A DNA stretch of 56,911 bases, the filler included, from Sphacelaria rigidula (taxonomy: Eukaryota): assembly GCA_964200075.2 (NCBI GenBank). It is 7 parts of 7 records of this genome, joined end to end, with 100 filler letters (N's around TTAATTAATTAA, not from the genome) between each part and the next. Parts side by side here need not be neighbours in the genome. Positions count along the whole stretch, not along the records: positions 1 to 8,045 come from CAXNAA020012520.1; positions 8,146 to 16,190 come from CAXNAA020012521.1; 5 more parts are not named here. One strand, written 5' to 3'. Positions within the stretch are counted from its first letter, which is position 1. Each line of letters starts with the position of its first letter. A model generated the notes under the pieces. The model worked only from the letters and a program-made list of their open reading frames with translations, did no database searches and was not told the origin of the DNA. Positions 1 through 13,189 of this stretch are shown here, piece after piece. A program made the position numbers and the translations under genes.

Positions 1-40
1 CGCCTAAGGCAAGCACCACATGAGTACGTTCCCCCCCCTC
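1..40 (+). mobile_element. 3' end of C-tailed RTE-type LINE
   Basis: CTAAGGCAAGCACCACATGAGTACG followed by a C-run matches the LINE terminus seen at 16333-16480 (minus). Confidence 0.75.
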
Positions 41-143
41 CCCCAACCCCTGCCCCACGCCTCCCTCTTTCCCTCCCCTGTTCTCGTTTCGCACCCTCAA
101 ACCCCCGTATAAACGAATACAACAAAAATGCTACAACTACCAG

Positions 144-386
144 ATAATGAGTTCTTCGCCGAGAAGTAGCAATACGAGGATATCCTGGAGACGCATGACT
201 CCGTCCGAGGCGGCAGCTGTGGAAGCGAGACTCGGCAACGAGCAGGCTCTCGCTCTCTCGCCGGACGGGGGTGGTGTCGCGGGGGCAGTTGCATCAACCG
301 ATCCGCCGGCTACGAATGTTGTGGCGTCGGCGGCATCGTCCGCGGCGGCAGGTGCAGTAGAAGCGGGAGTGGCGGAGGCTGCTTGA
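144..386 (+). CDS. Probable terminal coding exon of an unknown gene (Ala/Ser/Gly-rich low-complexity C-terminus)
   Basis: C/T-rich tract at 30-110, then an A/C-rich stretch ending in the acceptor ...ctaccag|ATA at 143/144. GC-rich open frame IMSSSPRSS...EAGVAEAA ends in TGA at 384-386. Confidence 0.5.
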   Translation: MMSSSPRSSNTRISWRRMTPSEAAAVEARLGNEQALALSPDGGGVAGAVASTDPPATNVVASAASSAAAGAVEAGVAEAA

Positions 387-3300
387 TTGACACTAGATAC
401 ACCCAATGGTGTGAGAGAAAACGAGCGGCCATCTTCGTAGAGCACAGCTGCTACCAAGAGTGCTTCAAGCCGTTCTACTGTGATGCGTTTTTCAACTCGT
501 ATCCGTGTGTGCCGACGTGGATCTTCTCATGACTTGGGTCATGTACTAACCCCTGCCGTGTATAATCCATGAATGCCTCGCAGTCAAGTGTTCGCAATTT
601 TTTTTCGGATGCTCGAGTTCAAAGGAACAAAAATCTTGTTTCGTGATGATGACGGTAGCGGTGATGATGGTCGCCGGCACGATTGGAGTGTTTCGTGGTT
701 CATGATCAGCAATAGTATGTACTAGGATGTCCGCCACTCCCTACGGGGGCAGATGCCAATAAATGACCGTAGGGTAAAGGTATGCAGGAGAATAATGAGA
801 GGGGACAGGGACAGGACCGGAAGGTGGCAGGGGAGATGGATTTTACTTGGGTTGGTTCGGTCGATTCCCATACGGGAGGGAAGAAACATGGTGCCGGTAG
901 TGGGCGTGCATGGTAGGAGGCCCTGAACACTGATACTGCATTGTCAAGATTTGCGCGTATTTGACAGATTGGTGGTGAAAATGTATGTCCCACTCTTGCG
1001 CTGTGCGGTGTATCCTCCCTCGTATTCAAAAGACGACGCCCTCCCGTTTGTAGATAGCGATGATTAGTAGCGCGCACACACACAAACATAACTCAGAATA
1101 TTCCCCGAGCTTTGCTGTAACAAACGCGACACAAAGTTGACCATTCACCATGGCCTATTACATACGTTATGATATGATGTACATGACTCGCCCTGTGCGA
1201 ACATGAGCAACACTAAACGTCGAGAGCGCAATTTCGCCGGGTGGATGCTTGATATACAATTACATGATTTACACGATGAAGAGCTCAATGACTCACTTGC
1301 CCTGAACGGAGAGCGTGTGGGGGCCAAAGATCCACGGTTCGGACGAATCATCGCCGGCTCGAATCACCAAATCCACGATTTCTTAGGCCTGATTGATTAT
1401 AAGAGAGAAAAAAGTCGACCGCTTGTCAAACAGGTCTCCACCTAACTTTTGCGCCATTCCACGTCCCTGGGCTTCGCGTACCTCGGTTGCAACGCTGAAA
1501 ACAAAGCGTAGGGATTGATTCAAATACACTGAAATCAAATAATTTCCGGACGAATCATTAATTCGTCGACCCTTGCAAAGATCGGAGGCTGTTGACCTCG
1601 TTCGACGGGTGATAAAGTTAATATAACGACATTTTTGATTTTCCCCACGTTCACTCGCCCGTTGTTTTTTCCCGCGGCTGGTGAATGCCCTCCGTGAAGA
1701 TGTCGGAGGTACCGTGGCGTTGGGGGATGGATGGGGGTAGCAATTTCCCTCTGGAGCAGCACATGCCATGTGATTGATTCCCTTGAACATGGGGGTAGCA
1801 ATTTTCCCACATATAGAATTGAGGAATGATACTGGATGCGTGACGGAACAATCCCCCGCTCTCGTGTCGCCGTTGAAGCGTAGTTTGATCAAGGTATTCA
1901 TCGGGCAGAGGATGAGTAAGGCACATCAATAACTTTGTTCCTCCTGGCTAAGCTCCCACGTTGCTGATGGAATAATTAGGCCTTGTGTGCGTGTTCCTTT
2001 CTTGTTTCTCGTTTCTTCGACCGCGTCACCTCTCATGAAGCAAACTCAGTGAACTGTTTTTGTTTATTCACATGCTTACGGTTTGGAGGTTAGAAATAAG
2101 ATACTTCGAAAAAAAAAACGTAACGTATCGGAAATGGAACCCACATTATGCTCATCCTTATGGTAACAGTCCAACCGTTAGACTATCGCGACGCGGCGGC
2201 ACTTCACGCATTTGATCGATACCTTTAGATTTTCGTTGGAGACGTGAGGCATTCGAGCAGACTTCATTCGCACTTGCACGGCGCGGGGTTTAATGTTCTG
2301 TGAAGTGGGGCTGGCTGCATCTCGTCGAAACATGTTTTCTCCACGTACTTCAAGAAAAGCTATATGTTGACAAGCCGACACAGAAAACTCCTTCTGCGAC
2401 GTCCTGGGGGAGTCAGGGCAGACGAATAATATTCCAATTTCACAAAGTGAAGTTGGTTTTTGTTGCCGGTAAAAATTCGACTAACTGTTTTTTTGCGACT
2501 CCATTTTTGCGCCAGGATTCTTGCGATAGTTTTTTTGCTAGATTTTCCCATTCTAAAACCCGTATCGATTTCGTTTTTTTGGGGATAACTCCGTCAAACG
2601 GACACCAAACGCATCCTGCCCCAAGGGGGATCTGGAAAAACAGCAGTTGCTGCTGCCCAGCTAGTATCATCCTCCAAATCGAAGTCTTGAGTAAGAACCC
2701 CCAGCGTTTGGTGCCCATGTACAAGGATGATCTACATCGAGCATCATGCTCCAAAACGTACCTGACAAGGGGGCAATACCCCTGTACAGATAGCAGCAAT
2801 GCTAGCGGATGCGACGTCCTGACAGTCTGTGACACTCTGGCAGCCGGCAAGGTGATTATGGCAGTCCTTCTAGCGATATCAACTTACAGTGCACTGGAGC
2901 AGTGCTTTCAGGTGAACATTTCGGCGATTGCCTCACCTGCAATTCGCCCAGATGTTGCCCCTGCATTATACATGAAAAATTTACTCAACCGTGGACGAAA
3001 AAAGTCCATAAATAATACGAACACAATGTGGAAAGTGTACTGCGCAACGTCGAGTGTGCTGTGTGGTCCCGTAAATTCTGGCCAGTCCCCACCTTTCGGT
3101 ATATGTGGGCGCACCAGCCGCGCCGTGTTACCACACAGCTTCGCCCAAGATACAGGCAGCCATAACAGCGGCTGAGGCGGCCTTTCACTCCTGCGTGCGC
3201 CACCTGGGGCAAAACGAACGCTGTAGCTGCAACACGGACAGCTTTACAAAATTTGACGTGGCAACATTGCGCGTGGCGAGGAGGCTTATATCTTGCGTGC

Positions 3301-3456
3301 ACCTTGGCTGCGATACAACAGCTGCACTCATGATGCGGCGAACTGCATAGGACAACGCGAAATCAGTGCAGTACAGGGATAAGCTAAGGATGCGAAGTTC
3401 CGTGGTGTGCTTTTGTCATCCTGAAATCTGCGCTGTGCGGTGAGCAGGTAGTACTG

Positions 3457-3673
3457 TGTAATGCGTGAGAGGACCGCGTGCTTAGAGGACCGCACCGTAG
3501 TTCAAAATACCTCAGGATCGACGTTTTTCAAAACCANNNNNNNNNNGGTCAGTCCCTGCAGGTACCACACCCCTGACCCTAACCCCAACACTTACCCTAA
3601 CCCTAACCCTAACCACAGGGGTGTTCGAATTCCGATGCGGTCTTCTAAGTACGCGGTCCTCTCACGCATTACA
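3457..3673. mobile_element. MITE with about 40-bp TIRs and an internal (CCCTAA)n telomere-like tract
   Basis: TGTAATGCGTGAGAGGACCGCG...CGCGGTCCTCTCACGCATTACA. CCCTAA-type repeats at about 3577-3612. GTACTG on both sides. A second copy lies at 55904-56113. Confidence 0.85.
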
Positions 3674-3819
3674 GTACTGCCGCAGGCGTCACGCCGCGGT
3701 TGGTACACGGTGTCGGCTCTGCACCCGAAGGGGAACCTCTCCCTCTCTCCATTGAAATTAAATTTAACGCACTGAATTTAATTGCACGGGCGGAGCACGT
3801 TATTTTCGAGTAGCACGCG

Positions 3820-4185
3820 TGTTGTGGTGTGGCCACGAGGTGATACGGGTATCACTCTCAAGGAGGATACCAGGCCAGGGGTGGCACAAAGCCAGCGGCT
3901 GGCCGCAATGAACGATCGCAGTCAAGAGGAGTGACTCTCGAGCTCATGGCTAACAGACCCTTGAGTCCGACCAGCAGTGGATCATAAGGCCAAATAGGGA
4001 CTCACTCTCACGTGCAGAGAGGTGCTCTCGACTTGCTTTCAAGCGGGATGTCTCCAAGTGTGGCTGATACCTTTTGGTATTCGGCTTGGCTACTGGTTAG
4101 CTAGAACCGAAGTTGCTAGGTGCTGGAAAGTTGTGAGGAGCGATGGGCCAGGTGAAGGACGCCAAGTTGGAATACAACATCAACA
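3820..4185. mobile_element. Possible solo LTR
   Basis: Bounded by TGTTG...CAACA with near-matching 4-bp flanks (CGCG/TGCG). No second copy in the window to confirm it. Confidence 0.35.
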
Positions 4186-4986
4186 TGCGAGTGGAGTAAG
4201 ATCTATTGCACTTGCCACGCGTACTTCGAAACGCCTACTACATATATACAGTCGGTATCCGCTCTAGTACGCCCGTAAGCGTTTCCGTGTTGCCGGTACC
4301 TTGTCAGCGCGCTTGTGCACTACAGCGTTGTACTCTCCTGTGGCAGTCCGTCACGGTATTGCTCCTCATGTTTCATGACGCTTTATTCGAAAGCACGCAG
4401 AAGAAATGCGAGCGAGTCCATCGTTGTTGCACTTGGAGGTGTGGTGTACCAGTTTTTCGATCTTGTACTGCCGCATGCTCCGTGCTGTACGAACTAGTAT
4501 ACCGTGCGAGTTCAAAAACGGATAGGCATGACATAAACGCCACCGACATGATCTGGTTATCATGAATTGTACTGTGTACGAGGCGCGGGGACCGTAGTTT
4601 TTGGCAAGGAATGCAAGGACGCAACCAAACTGCAGTACAGGTAGTTTTTCATGCAACACGTGATTCGAACGAGACACAAAACAAAGCATTTACGTAATAC
4701 CTGGGCGTTTTGGTGCTGAAACGAGTCCACCAGTCCCTCCACTACCTACCGTGAGGAGATAAACACCACGTCTAAGTACAAAATAAGTTACGGGCAGACC
4801 TTCATTTTAGAGTGGAGGGCCCAGCCGAGACCACTCCGGGTTCAACGCCGAAATCTGAGACGGCAACGTTCCAAAGGCCGAAATTAATTGAAATTAGAAG
4901 CACCCTGGATATATAGCAATCTATAAATATACACCAAGGAACAGTACATATACTATTTTTTTTAGTATAATATGTATACGCCATAT

Positions 4987-7480
4987 ATGTACATGTATCA
5001 TTTCTCAATTTTCACCACTTTTGCCGAGTTTTCTCTGGCAGCAAGGCATTTTATCCCGCGCCTTCTTTTGCAGTGCACGAAAAAATTGTAGCGGTACATT
5101 ACCTTTCAGGTTTGAGTGTCGTCTGATACTTGTGGCGCGTGTTCTGGCTATCGAAAGTCGCCCACACTGGCTGTTTTTCGCGAGTTAAAAGCCTCCTCAA
5201 GTTCATGAAAAATTCAAGCAGCACGATGGTTGTTGGCGGGGTATTTTTCCCCCGTGTTTCCCTTTGCCCTGTTCTCGTTCATTTGGGAGCACGAACACAC
5301 CGGTTATGCCGCCAATGTCACGAGGGTATGAGAGCAATGCAGTTGAAAACACTTGATCATTACCTTGGCCTTAGTCAGCAGCAAACACCAGGCCGTGCGA
5401 TGAGCCGTTGGCGAGTTGAACAAGGCACACACGTGGGCAAACGTCCGCACTGTGGGTCACGTGTGTAGGACCAGCAAAGGGGGGTGCCAAAATCCCTGTG
5501 ATCACGTAACCCGTAACAGAGAGTTCCCTCACAGGATGCACCTGTGAAGTACAGGCGCAGGGATGTCCTTGTGTCAGGGTTGACAGGATCTGATGCAGCA
5601 ACAAAAAGCGCTGGAACCCTTCCCCTCAGAGGGGGTTTGTGACAACTGTGGGGGTATCTGGTGAACATGGCTTGGAATGAAACATGTAGAATAGTATTCA
5701 GGGGTATCGTAGTACATCTTCCCCCGTTGAAAATCATAATTTTCTTGCTTGAACACTTGACAGCTGTTACAATGAACGACTGCTTTCCAAGAAAACAACC
5801 CGTTATTGCCGGACTTCCCCTGGGGTCTAATCCCAACGCTGAGGTTGTTTCAAATCCCGGCTGAGGGGGAGGGTTCCAGCGCTTTTTGTCGCTGCATCAG
5901 ATCCCGTTTGGGACCGTCAGGAGGGATATTCAAACTACAGCTGCCGCGGATTCAATATTAAAAAGAAACGGCTCGAATTTTTCAAGCGCATTGCACTACA
6001 GTAGACTGACTATTGTTCAGCAGCTCCACCGCGAAACTGGTTCTCAACACAGCCACGGCGGAGGTGGCCACACAAGGCGCGATAGCTGGTTCAGACTAGA
6101 TGAAGGGCCTCGCATGGGCACTACTGGCGAAACAACCCCAGGCGTGGGACTAACCCTTACCCCCGTTGAGTGTGTTTGCCGCCTTATTGTGGGGTATCCA
6201 TTTGATCAAACTGACCACTACTGTACTGTAGTGATGCTGTACTCTGGTGATGGTATATCTCAGCAGACTGCTGAATGATGCTGCGTTTCAAACATAGTTG
6301 GCGTCTGCCACCGCACTGGATCGTTTCGCTGACGGCGGTCGTCGCCGGCGCAACAGTTTGAAGTCTCTCTCAGATACTCAACAAGAGGCGCTCAAGAACT
6401 CGATGACTAGTCCAAAGACGTATGTTTTCAGCATGCTTTGTTACGTGTTCCGTAGCGCTTAGACGCAGGGGTTGCTTAAAAGATGCCGCACAATGAATGG
6501 CGGCGGCTTTTTTGTTGGACTGCTCACCATCATGCTTTCGCTGCCGGGCAGAAACTTGTAGGGTAGGGGCACGTGGTCGGAACCGGTTGCGAATCCCGAG
6601 CCTTTTGAACGAAGGAAATTAAATTTCAATGGTCCGTTGAACCTCAATTAAGTGTTGAACCTCAAAAACGAATCCGGGCTGTTTTCTGCTCTTCACTTCG
6701 GAAGTACGCATGTCTGCAAACGACAACCACCGTGGTTGGCCCCAACAGCTCCAACACCGTTGCAGGGGCACACACCGTGTAAGGAGATAGATACCGCCAA
6801 ACCGCGGTGCTTTTTACTCTATGACATAGCCCAGGGTGTCATTAGCAAAGTTCCTGATGATTTTCGCATGCTTGCGAGCGCCACGGCGTCCACCAAGAGC
6901 AGCTCTGCCGAGCATTGCGCTGCTGTCCGAAATATTTGGCGTTCGCCAAACGTGAAGGCTTGGCGAGAAAATCTAGCCGCTTCAATTTCGGAGAACGCCA
7001 AGCGCCAGGTGCAAAAACGCCTGAAATCGTGACGATCTCTAAAAACACCGTGTACTGTGTCGATAATAACGGCCCTACCCTGGCCCTGCATACAAACATT
7101 GATCTGTATTGGGCACACTCTGGACGGTGTCATTCTGCGCGGTACCTATCTTCTTGGTATCGCCTGTAAAGGTACGTACTTCAGGAGGCACGGTCGTGCA
7201 AGCGCTGTCAGTGCTTTTACGCGCAATGTATATCATGTACATGTATCATTTTACACTTTTCATCACTTTTGCCGAGTTTTCTCTGGTGGCAAGGCTTTCC
7301 CCCCCACGCCTCCTTTTGCAGCGCACTGAGAAGGCTCAGCGGTATATTTCCGTTCAGGTTTGGGCGTCATCTGATACCTGTGGCGCGTGTTTTAGCCACC
7401 GAAAGTCGCTTAAACTGGCCCTTTTTCGCGGGGTGTCGATCCCTGAACCACAACAGCCTCCTTAAGATCGTGGAAAACTT
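4987..7480 (+). repeat. Diverged direct repeat pair of about 230 bp (4987-5220 and 7235-7480)
   Basis: Both begin ATGTACATGTATCATTT and share CACTTTTGCCGAGTTTTCTCTGG...TCTGATAC(T/C)TGTGGCGCGTGTT...CGAAAGTCGC. Confidence 0.8.
5586..5904. mobile_element. MITE with about 35-bp TIRs
   Basis: GGATCTGATGCAGCAACAAAAAGCGCTGGAACCCT ... AGGGTTCCAGCGCTTTTTGTCGCTGCATCAGATCC. Confidence 0.8.
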
Positions 7481-7998
7481 GACAGTATATTTGTGACAAA
7501 TCATATTTTCGACTTTCGTCACCCCCGGAAAGCCCGTACCAACCTTCCGGAGAGGAACCTTGTGTTCTTTATAACGTGAAAGTATATATAAATGTATGAT
7601 AAGGAGCAGAAGCAAATATACAAACCCCGCGAAGCCAACCAGATTTTTCGGATTTCGTCAATGTTCATTGATCAGTTTATTGCAACATAGGAAAATAAAG
7701 AATATCCAAACAATCAGGACAATCTTCGAAAAATGCCCTCCGGCATCTGGGTCATCAGGACACAGCGCGCAAGGAGCAGAAGCAGATATACGAACCCCGC
7801 AAAAACCACCAGCCGTCTCGGCTTTTGTCATTGTATATTGATCAAATTTTTGTGACAAAATTACAGAAAAACTCGGAACAGTGTTCGTCGATCAATTTCT
7901 TGCGACAAAGTTGACAAAAAAAAGTCAACAAAATCATACCAATTTTCGAAAAAATGCCCTCCGGGGTGGGGGGGCGGGGACGGGGCGGAGCGGGACGG

Positions 7999-8045
7999 GG
8001 CGGGGGGGGGGGGGGGGCTCATTTGTTGCTTGCCTTAGTCGTGTG
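7999..8045 (-). mobile_element. 3' end of C-tailed RTE-type LINE, running into the contig end
   Basis: Minus strand reads CACACGACTAAGGCAAGCAACAAATGAG followed by a long C-run. Confidence 0.8.
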
Positions 8046-8145
8046 NNNNNNNNNNNNNNNNNNNNNNNNNNNNNNNNNNNNNNNNNNNNTTAATTAATTA
8101 ANNNNNNNNNNNNNNNNNNNNNNNNNNNNNNNNNNNNNNNNNNNN
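8046..8145. other. Artificial 100-nt contig linker (N44-TTAATTAATTAA-N44)
   Basis: Identical linkers at 8046-8145, 16191-16290, 24336-24435, 32480-32579, 40624-40723 and 48768-48867. The intervening contigs are 8045 or 8044 bp in non-increasing order. TTAATTAATTAA gives stop codons in all six frames. Confidence 0.97.
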
Positions 8146-10443
8146 CCTCAACATAGATGATCGGCTGTTTGTACGTGCGATAAAGGTTCCGATGTATTTC
8201 GGTCTTGTTTTTTTTATTTCATCTTACGCACTTGCAATTTCTGCATCTCCGGGTGTCGTCTCTACCGTAACTGCCCTTTGAGCCACCCGACTGAGTGGTG
8301 CTACGGTAGGGGTGCACAAATATCTTCTGAGGTTTGAATAGTTGGGAGTCCTGTATCTAATCTAAAACACCAATTCTTACGAAATATGTGAGGGTACGCC
8401 AGGATTACTATTTCAATGTGCTAGAGATTTCCTGAATGAATTTGCAAACGGGGATCGCCTGACCCATATTCTCGTGCAATGTAGAATCGTCAGAAGCCGC
8501 TGAACCAGACAAGATTTCACCTTCACTCTTGTCCTGGGTGTGTCGCATACCGATGAGGGAACCGGCGCTGAACGTGATTGCGTTGGGGAGGACACGCGGG
8601 AATCACTGAACGATTTGCCAATGACGGTATGTTTCGGCGTGGAATGTCAGCAATTTGGTTCGGTTTAGCTAATCCCGTGCACTTTTTTATAGCGTTCTGG
8701 TAGCAGGGTTATCACCTTGATGTCACTCAACATGATCCCCATTTTATCCCCGCCGGTAATCGATTGTATGCTTTGTTATTCACCAAGTTGACTTCTTGAC
8801 GCGCCCTGTACCGTAGTTGGATACTACTTTGTTCAGCTGCTTAAACTTGGTTTTCGATAATATCATGCCACCACTTATCTTCCCGCGCTTTGTCTTGTCA
8901 TTGAATATGCAGTACGCAGACTTACGTAGTTTCCTTATTTTACCCTTTTGCTTTTCATGCCCGAGTTCCATGCAAGTTGACTGCGCGACTGTATATCTTG
9001 TCTTGGACGGTTCTTACAGGCCCTACATTTAGTTTTCAGACACTTATTTCGCTGATGTGGTCGCTGATCCCCCTGCGGGGGGCGAAGTACGAGTTCCAAC
9101 TGCTTTACTGGCTGTTGTACCGCGTGCACATCCCTTGCCACGAAACAACGCGACTTCCCACCAGAAGAACGCTACATGATCAGAGAAGAAATTCACAAGC
9201 TTATTGACCGAGGTGTTGCTCGCCCCTCAACTTTCCACTGCAACGTTTGTCGACCACACGATTTCATTTTTGGTAAATTTCGCTAAATGCATCTTTATTT
9301 CAGGGGCTCAAAAGTTCCTTGCAGCAAGACTTCACTACCACAATCTGGTCGTCTCATAATGGCTCAGCTAGGATATGGCATACGAACTAAAGACTCGCCC
9401 AACAACCATCAATATACAGCTCATGCGTGTGAGGTCATGTTTCTTGTCATTTCTGAGCTTTGTCTCCGTGTATTTAGCACATCGTATCTCATCATTATGT
9501 TTTATTTAGCATGCCTTATTCATTTTATTTTCTCCATGATTATGTCTACAGTTTTACAGGATTCGAGGAATTGGGGGGACGACTGCTGAAATATTTACGG
9601 AACTGTACAAATCTTGGCCTCAGAGATGGAGTGAGTATGTTCCACCCACACTCTTGGGCAATCGCATCCTACCCGACGAACCGACGCGATGCTACCGTTT
9701 GACACGTTTCCCTTAGAGCTTTGGACTGGCCGTGAACATTACACACGTACCACAGCTGTCTCAAAAGTAAGAAGTTCCTTCCATATCCGCCCACCCCATC
9801 TACAACACTCCATACCCGAAGTGTTTGCGTCCCATATAAGGGGGGATCAAACTGGAGCGCTAGACCCACATTCCACCTAACCTCTGAATTTTTCCCCGTG
9901 TTGGATTGCATTCCATTGCCCGTGGCGAAGGATAAATAGTTTTATCTTTTGTATCACTGAAGAGTGCCTAGACTGCGTCGACCCTATGACAGAGGGATCA
10001 AATGTTGAGTGGGTCCAGGTGGTTGCGTGGTTGCCAGCCCGGGCATGGTACTGTAGTCACACACACTCGACTACCAGTACCCGCACGTCCGCATTAATTT
10101 ATCCACACATGTGCATGTTCACTCAATGTACCTGTTCACATGAACACCCTCTCTGAACCGGTACATCAGTCGTCGTGGCTTTCTGTCTCTCTCAAAACAA
10201 AAAATTTCAAGGGGGAAACCCGGCCATCCAGGCAAAAAACCCCTCCCCTCAACAGCTTGTGCTCCATTTAGATAATCGATGGACGCCGGTCAAGGCAGAT
10301 ACACGACATATCAGGAAACGCCCTACAAAACCCATGCCCCTCAAAGTAGCGTGGGTGGCTTAACCCAAAATGCGCATAAGTGCATCACTCAAACACCTGA
10401 AAATACCCGGTGCTAGCATAATGGTACACACAAAAAAACGTAC

Positions 10444-12043
10444 CTACTTGTCACCTTCCAAGTTCATCAAAAACCGTCTGTGCCTCGTAAACAGGCTGAT
10501 CGAGAGAGGCTTCGTCAAAATATCTGCATGCTGCCATCCTGAGCCTACATGTACAACCCTGACCTTCCCCGTCCCCACCAGCCCTCGAATGAAGTGATAT
10601 CTCACGTCTACGTGCTTACTCCTTTCGGAACTGAGAGGATTCTCGGTCAGAGCTTTTGCTCCCTCGTTGTCCTCGAACAAAAGAATAGCTTGGTTCTCCC
10701 CGCATCCCGACACAGTCTGTGGTCGCAGGAACATCAACACTGCCTTCACAAACAATCCCTCCTTTGCCCCCTTGGTCATTGCAACATACTCTACCTCCGT
10801 AGTTGACAGAGTTACGCACTGTTGCGTGCGGCTCGTTGCCGACACTACCACACCACCGTACATCACGGCTACCCCTGATACCGAACGCCTATCCGTTTCC
10901 TTCTTAGCGTAATCTGCATCGCGGTAGACTGAGAGCCTATCAAGACCTTTCTTGAACGTAAGTCCAAACTTCTTTGTCTCATTGAGATACTTCGAAACTT
11001 TCGTCACAGCTTCCCAGTGCCTCTCGCATGGGTCATGCGATCTGCGAGCAAGCGCTCGTACCGAATTCGCGATGTCGGGTCTGGTGACTGTGGCCAGCCA
11101 CATCAACCCCCCCACTGCGTTACGGTATGGGCGATTCACCTTCTTGTCTTCGCCCGTTGTCGGCCCCAACTTTACAGAAACAGAGGCAGGGATTTCCGAG
11201 TACCGCCTCACCTCAAAACGCTTCAGGAGCGTGTCCGTGAAAGTGGTTTGCGTCACAGACAGCGTGCCTCTATCCCAGTCTCCATCCACTGCGCACCCCA
11301 TGTACCAGGTGACCTCTCCGAGATTGTTCGTGGGGAACTTCGTGTTGAAGATTTGGCCCACCTTTCCTACATATTCCTCACAGCCACTGATAAGGATGTC
11401 GTCCACACGGACAACTAAAATCACACGTACGTCTCCTGCATCCTCCATCTTAAATACACATGGATCAGCCTCACACTGCACCATCCCGATATCCTCCAGC
11501 GAAGTTTTGCACACAAGACGAGAGGCCACTGCCTGCCCGCTTGCTTGATCCCGTAAATAGATTTTTCAAGCTTCACGCTCACGTCTGTCAAAACGGAGCA
11601 TCCTTCAGGCAACCTCATGTACACTTCAGTATCCATTTCTGCTTGAACAAAAGCCTGTGTCACATCAAAATGGTACAGCAGCCACTCTTCCTGAACTGCC
11701 ACTGCCATGACCAGTTTGATGGAGGCCATGGAGGGCGTTGCCGCGAAAGTCTCGAAATAGTCGACTGCAAAACGTTATCCAAACCTCGCGCTACCAACCT
11801 TGCCTTTGCCTTTGTTACAGTGCCGTCTGCGTCGGTCTTCCAACTAAAACCCCACTTCGCTGAAATCACGTTTGCTGCTTCCGGTACGGGGCCAGTCGAA
11901 AATGTTCCAGCCTTTTTGTGACCTCCTAGCTCGGCCTGCATCGCGCCGAACCATGCCTCTCGAAATTCTGACTTGTCAATGTCATCCATACTGGTTGGTG
12001 CTGCCTCTATTTTGCTTACGTGTAGGCCAACCGGTGAACGCAA
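10444..12043 (-). pseudogene. Copia reverse transcriptase and RNase H (frameshifted)
   Basis: KAKARLVARG, FDVTQAFVQA, LEKSIYGIKQAGRQW, VRVDDILI (decayed YVDD), YRDADYA..DRRSVSG, SERSKHVDVRYHF and QHADILTKPL, spread over three frames. Confidence 0.95.
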
Positions 12044-12571
12044 ACCGAATTCAGGCTGCCCTACCCTGTTTTCCTCAGCAGCAAAACAAAAAACCTCGTT
12101 TTCAGCTCACTCGTTTTGAGTCGAAGCGATTACGTCTTGTCCAGCCACCTGTCCTGCTGCCGCGGTAATCATCTCCATGGTTGAGCATTTGTCCTCCGCC
12201 ATTCCCGCCAGCGACGTCTCCGCTTCCTTTTTGTTCTCCTCCGCTCTGCTAGCCACCAGCGTTTCACCTCGTGCGTGTGCCGACCCCATGGCCTCCCGCA
12301 TTTAGCTCCTCGTACGCCCCGCCCTTGGTATTGGTAACTCGTCAGCCCACGTAAGACGGCGTTGCTTGGTCCTCGGGAGTTGAGCAGCGTCGCCGCTCCG
12401 CCCATCATCTTGCGAGGGACCCGTGGAAAAGGGTGACAGTGCGGGCGACGAGGCAGTGTCCGATGCCGATGTGAGCGTCGGCGTAGGTGTTGTCGGCGTC
12501 GGCGCAGGTGTCGGCGTCTGCGCTGGTGTCTGCGTCGGCGTAGGTATCGGCGTCTGTGCTGATGTTGGCGT

Positions 12572-12608
<37 letters not shown>
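12572..12608 (+). repeat. (GAT)n microsatellite encoding poly-Ser in the copia IN-RT linker
   Basis: About 12 GAT units, next to a Thr/Pro-rich repeat (TPTPAQTPTP). Confidence 0.9.
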
Positions 12609-12609
<1 letters not shown>

Positions 12610-13189
12610 CCGGCTCCACCTCACCCCCTTCGTTGGCAAAATTTGGAACAGGGATCTCGGGTATATCACCCCGCCTTCCCCCCCCCCTCGCGGGGACGGT
12701 GAAGGCACTTCGCCCCTCCACTACTGACGGGGATCTGCGGTGCTGCTCCACTTCTCCCACCGACGGAACTCGGCGGGGAGGACGGTGCGCTTGGGGAACC
12801 GCTGGACGAAGTGTTCACTGTCGATCTTTCCGTCCTGTCTTCACTCACACCCACCTTGATCGACGCTGGAATCCTTCAGCTCGCTCGGCGTCTGGATCGC
12901 TTGCTGTAGTGTGCACTTGCGGGGGGGGGCAGCGGACGTACGTGCCCATGCTACATGTCTTGTCACGGAGATAGTTCCTCGTACAGTTAAAACTCGCATC
13001 GCGTCACGTGGGTAGCCTGGGGCTGGGCTCAAGTACCAGAATTTTCGGCCTTCGGCTGTAATTTACTTGTCCGCTTCCTCCTACAAAAACCAGGCTTCAA
13101 GAACGGAATGATATCACCTTCCGGTGGTGATCCATACCACATCTCATGCGGTGATTTGTGGTGCGTGTTAGCCGAGGTAGCGGTATAGT

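Noticed and set aside
2300-3175. 291-aa ORF
   Set aside because: No recognisable motif, GTG start, and it reads through a SINE tail fragment at about 3060-3135. Probably a chance ORF over decayed sequence.
8090-8101. Periodic TTAATTAATTAA palindromes every 8.14 kb
   Set aside because: They are embedded in N-runs and are an assembly linker, not biology.
12169-12974. His-rich, Asp-rich and Arg-rich ORFs
   Set aside because: These are alternative frames of the (GAT)n and TP-repeat linker inside the copia element.
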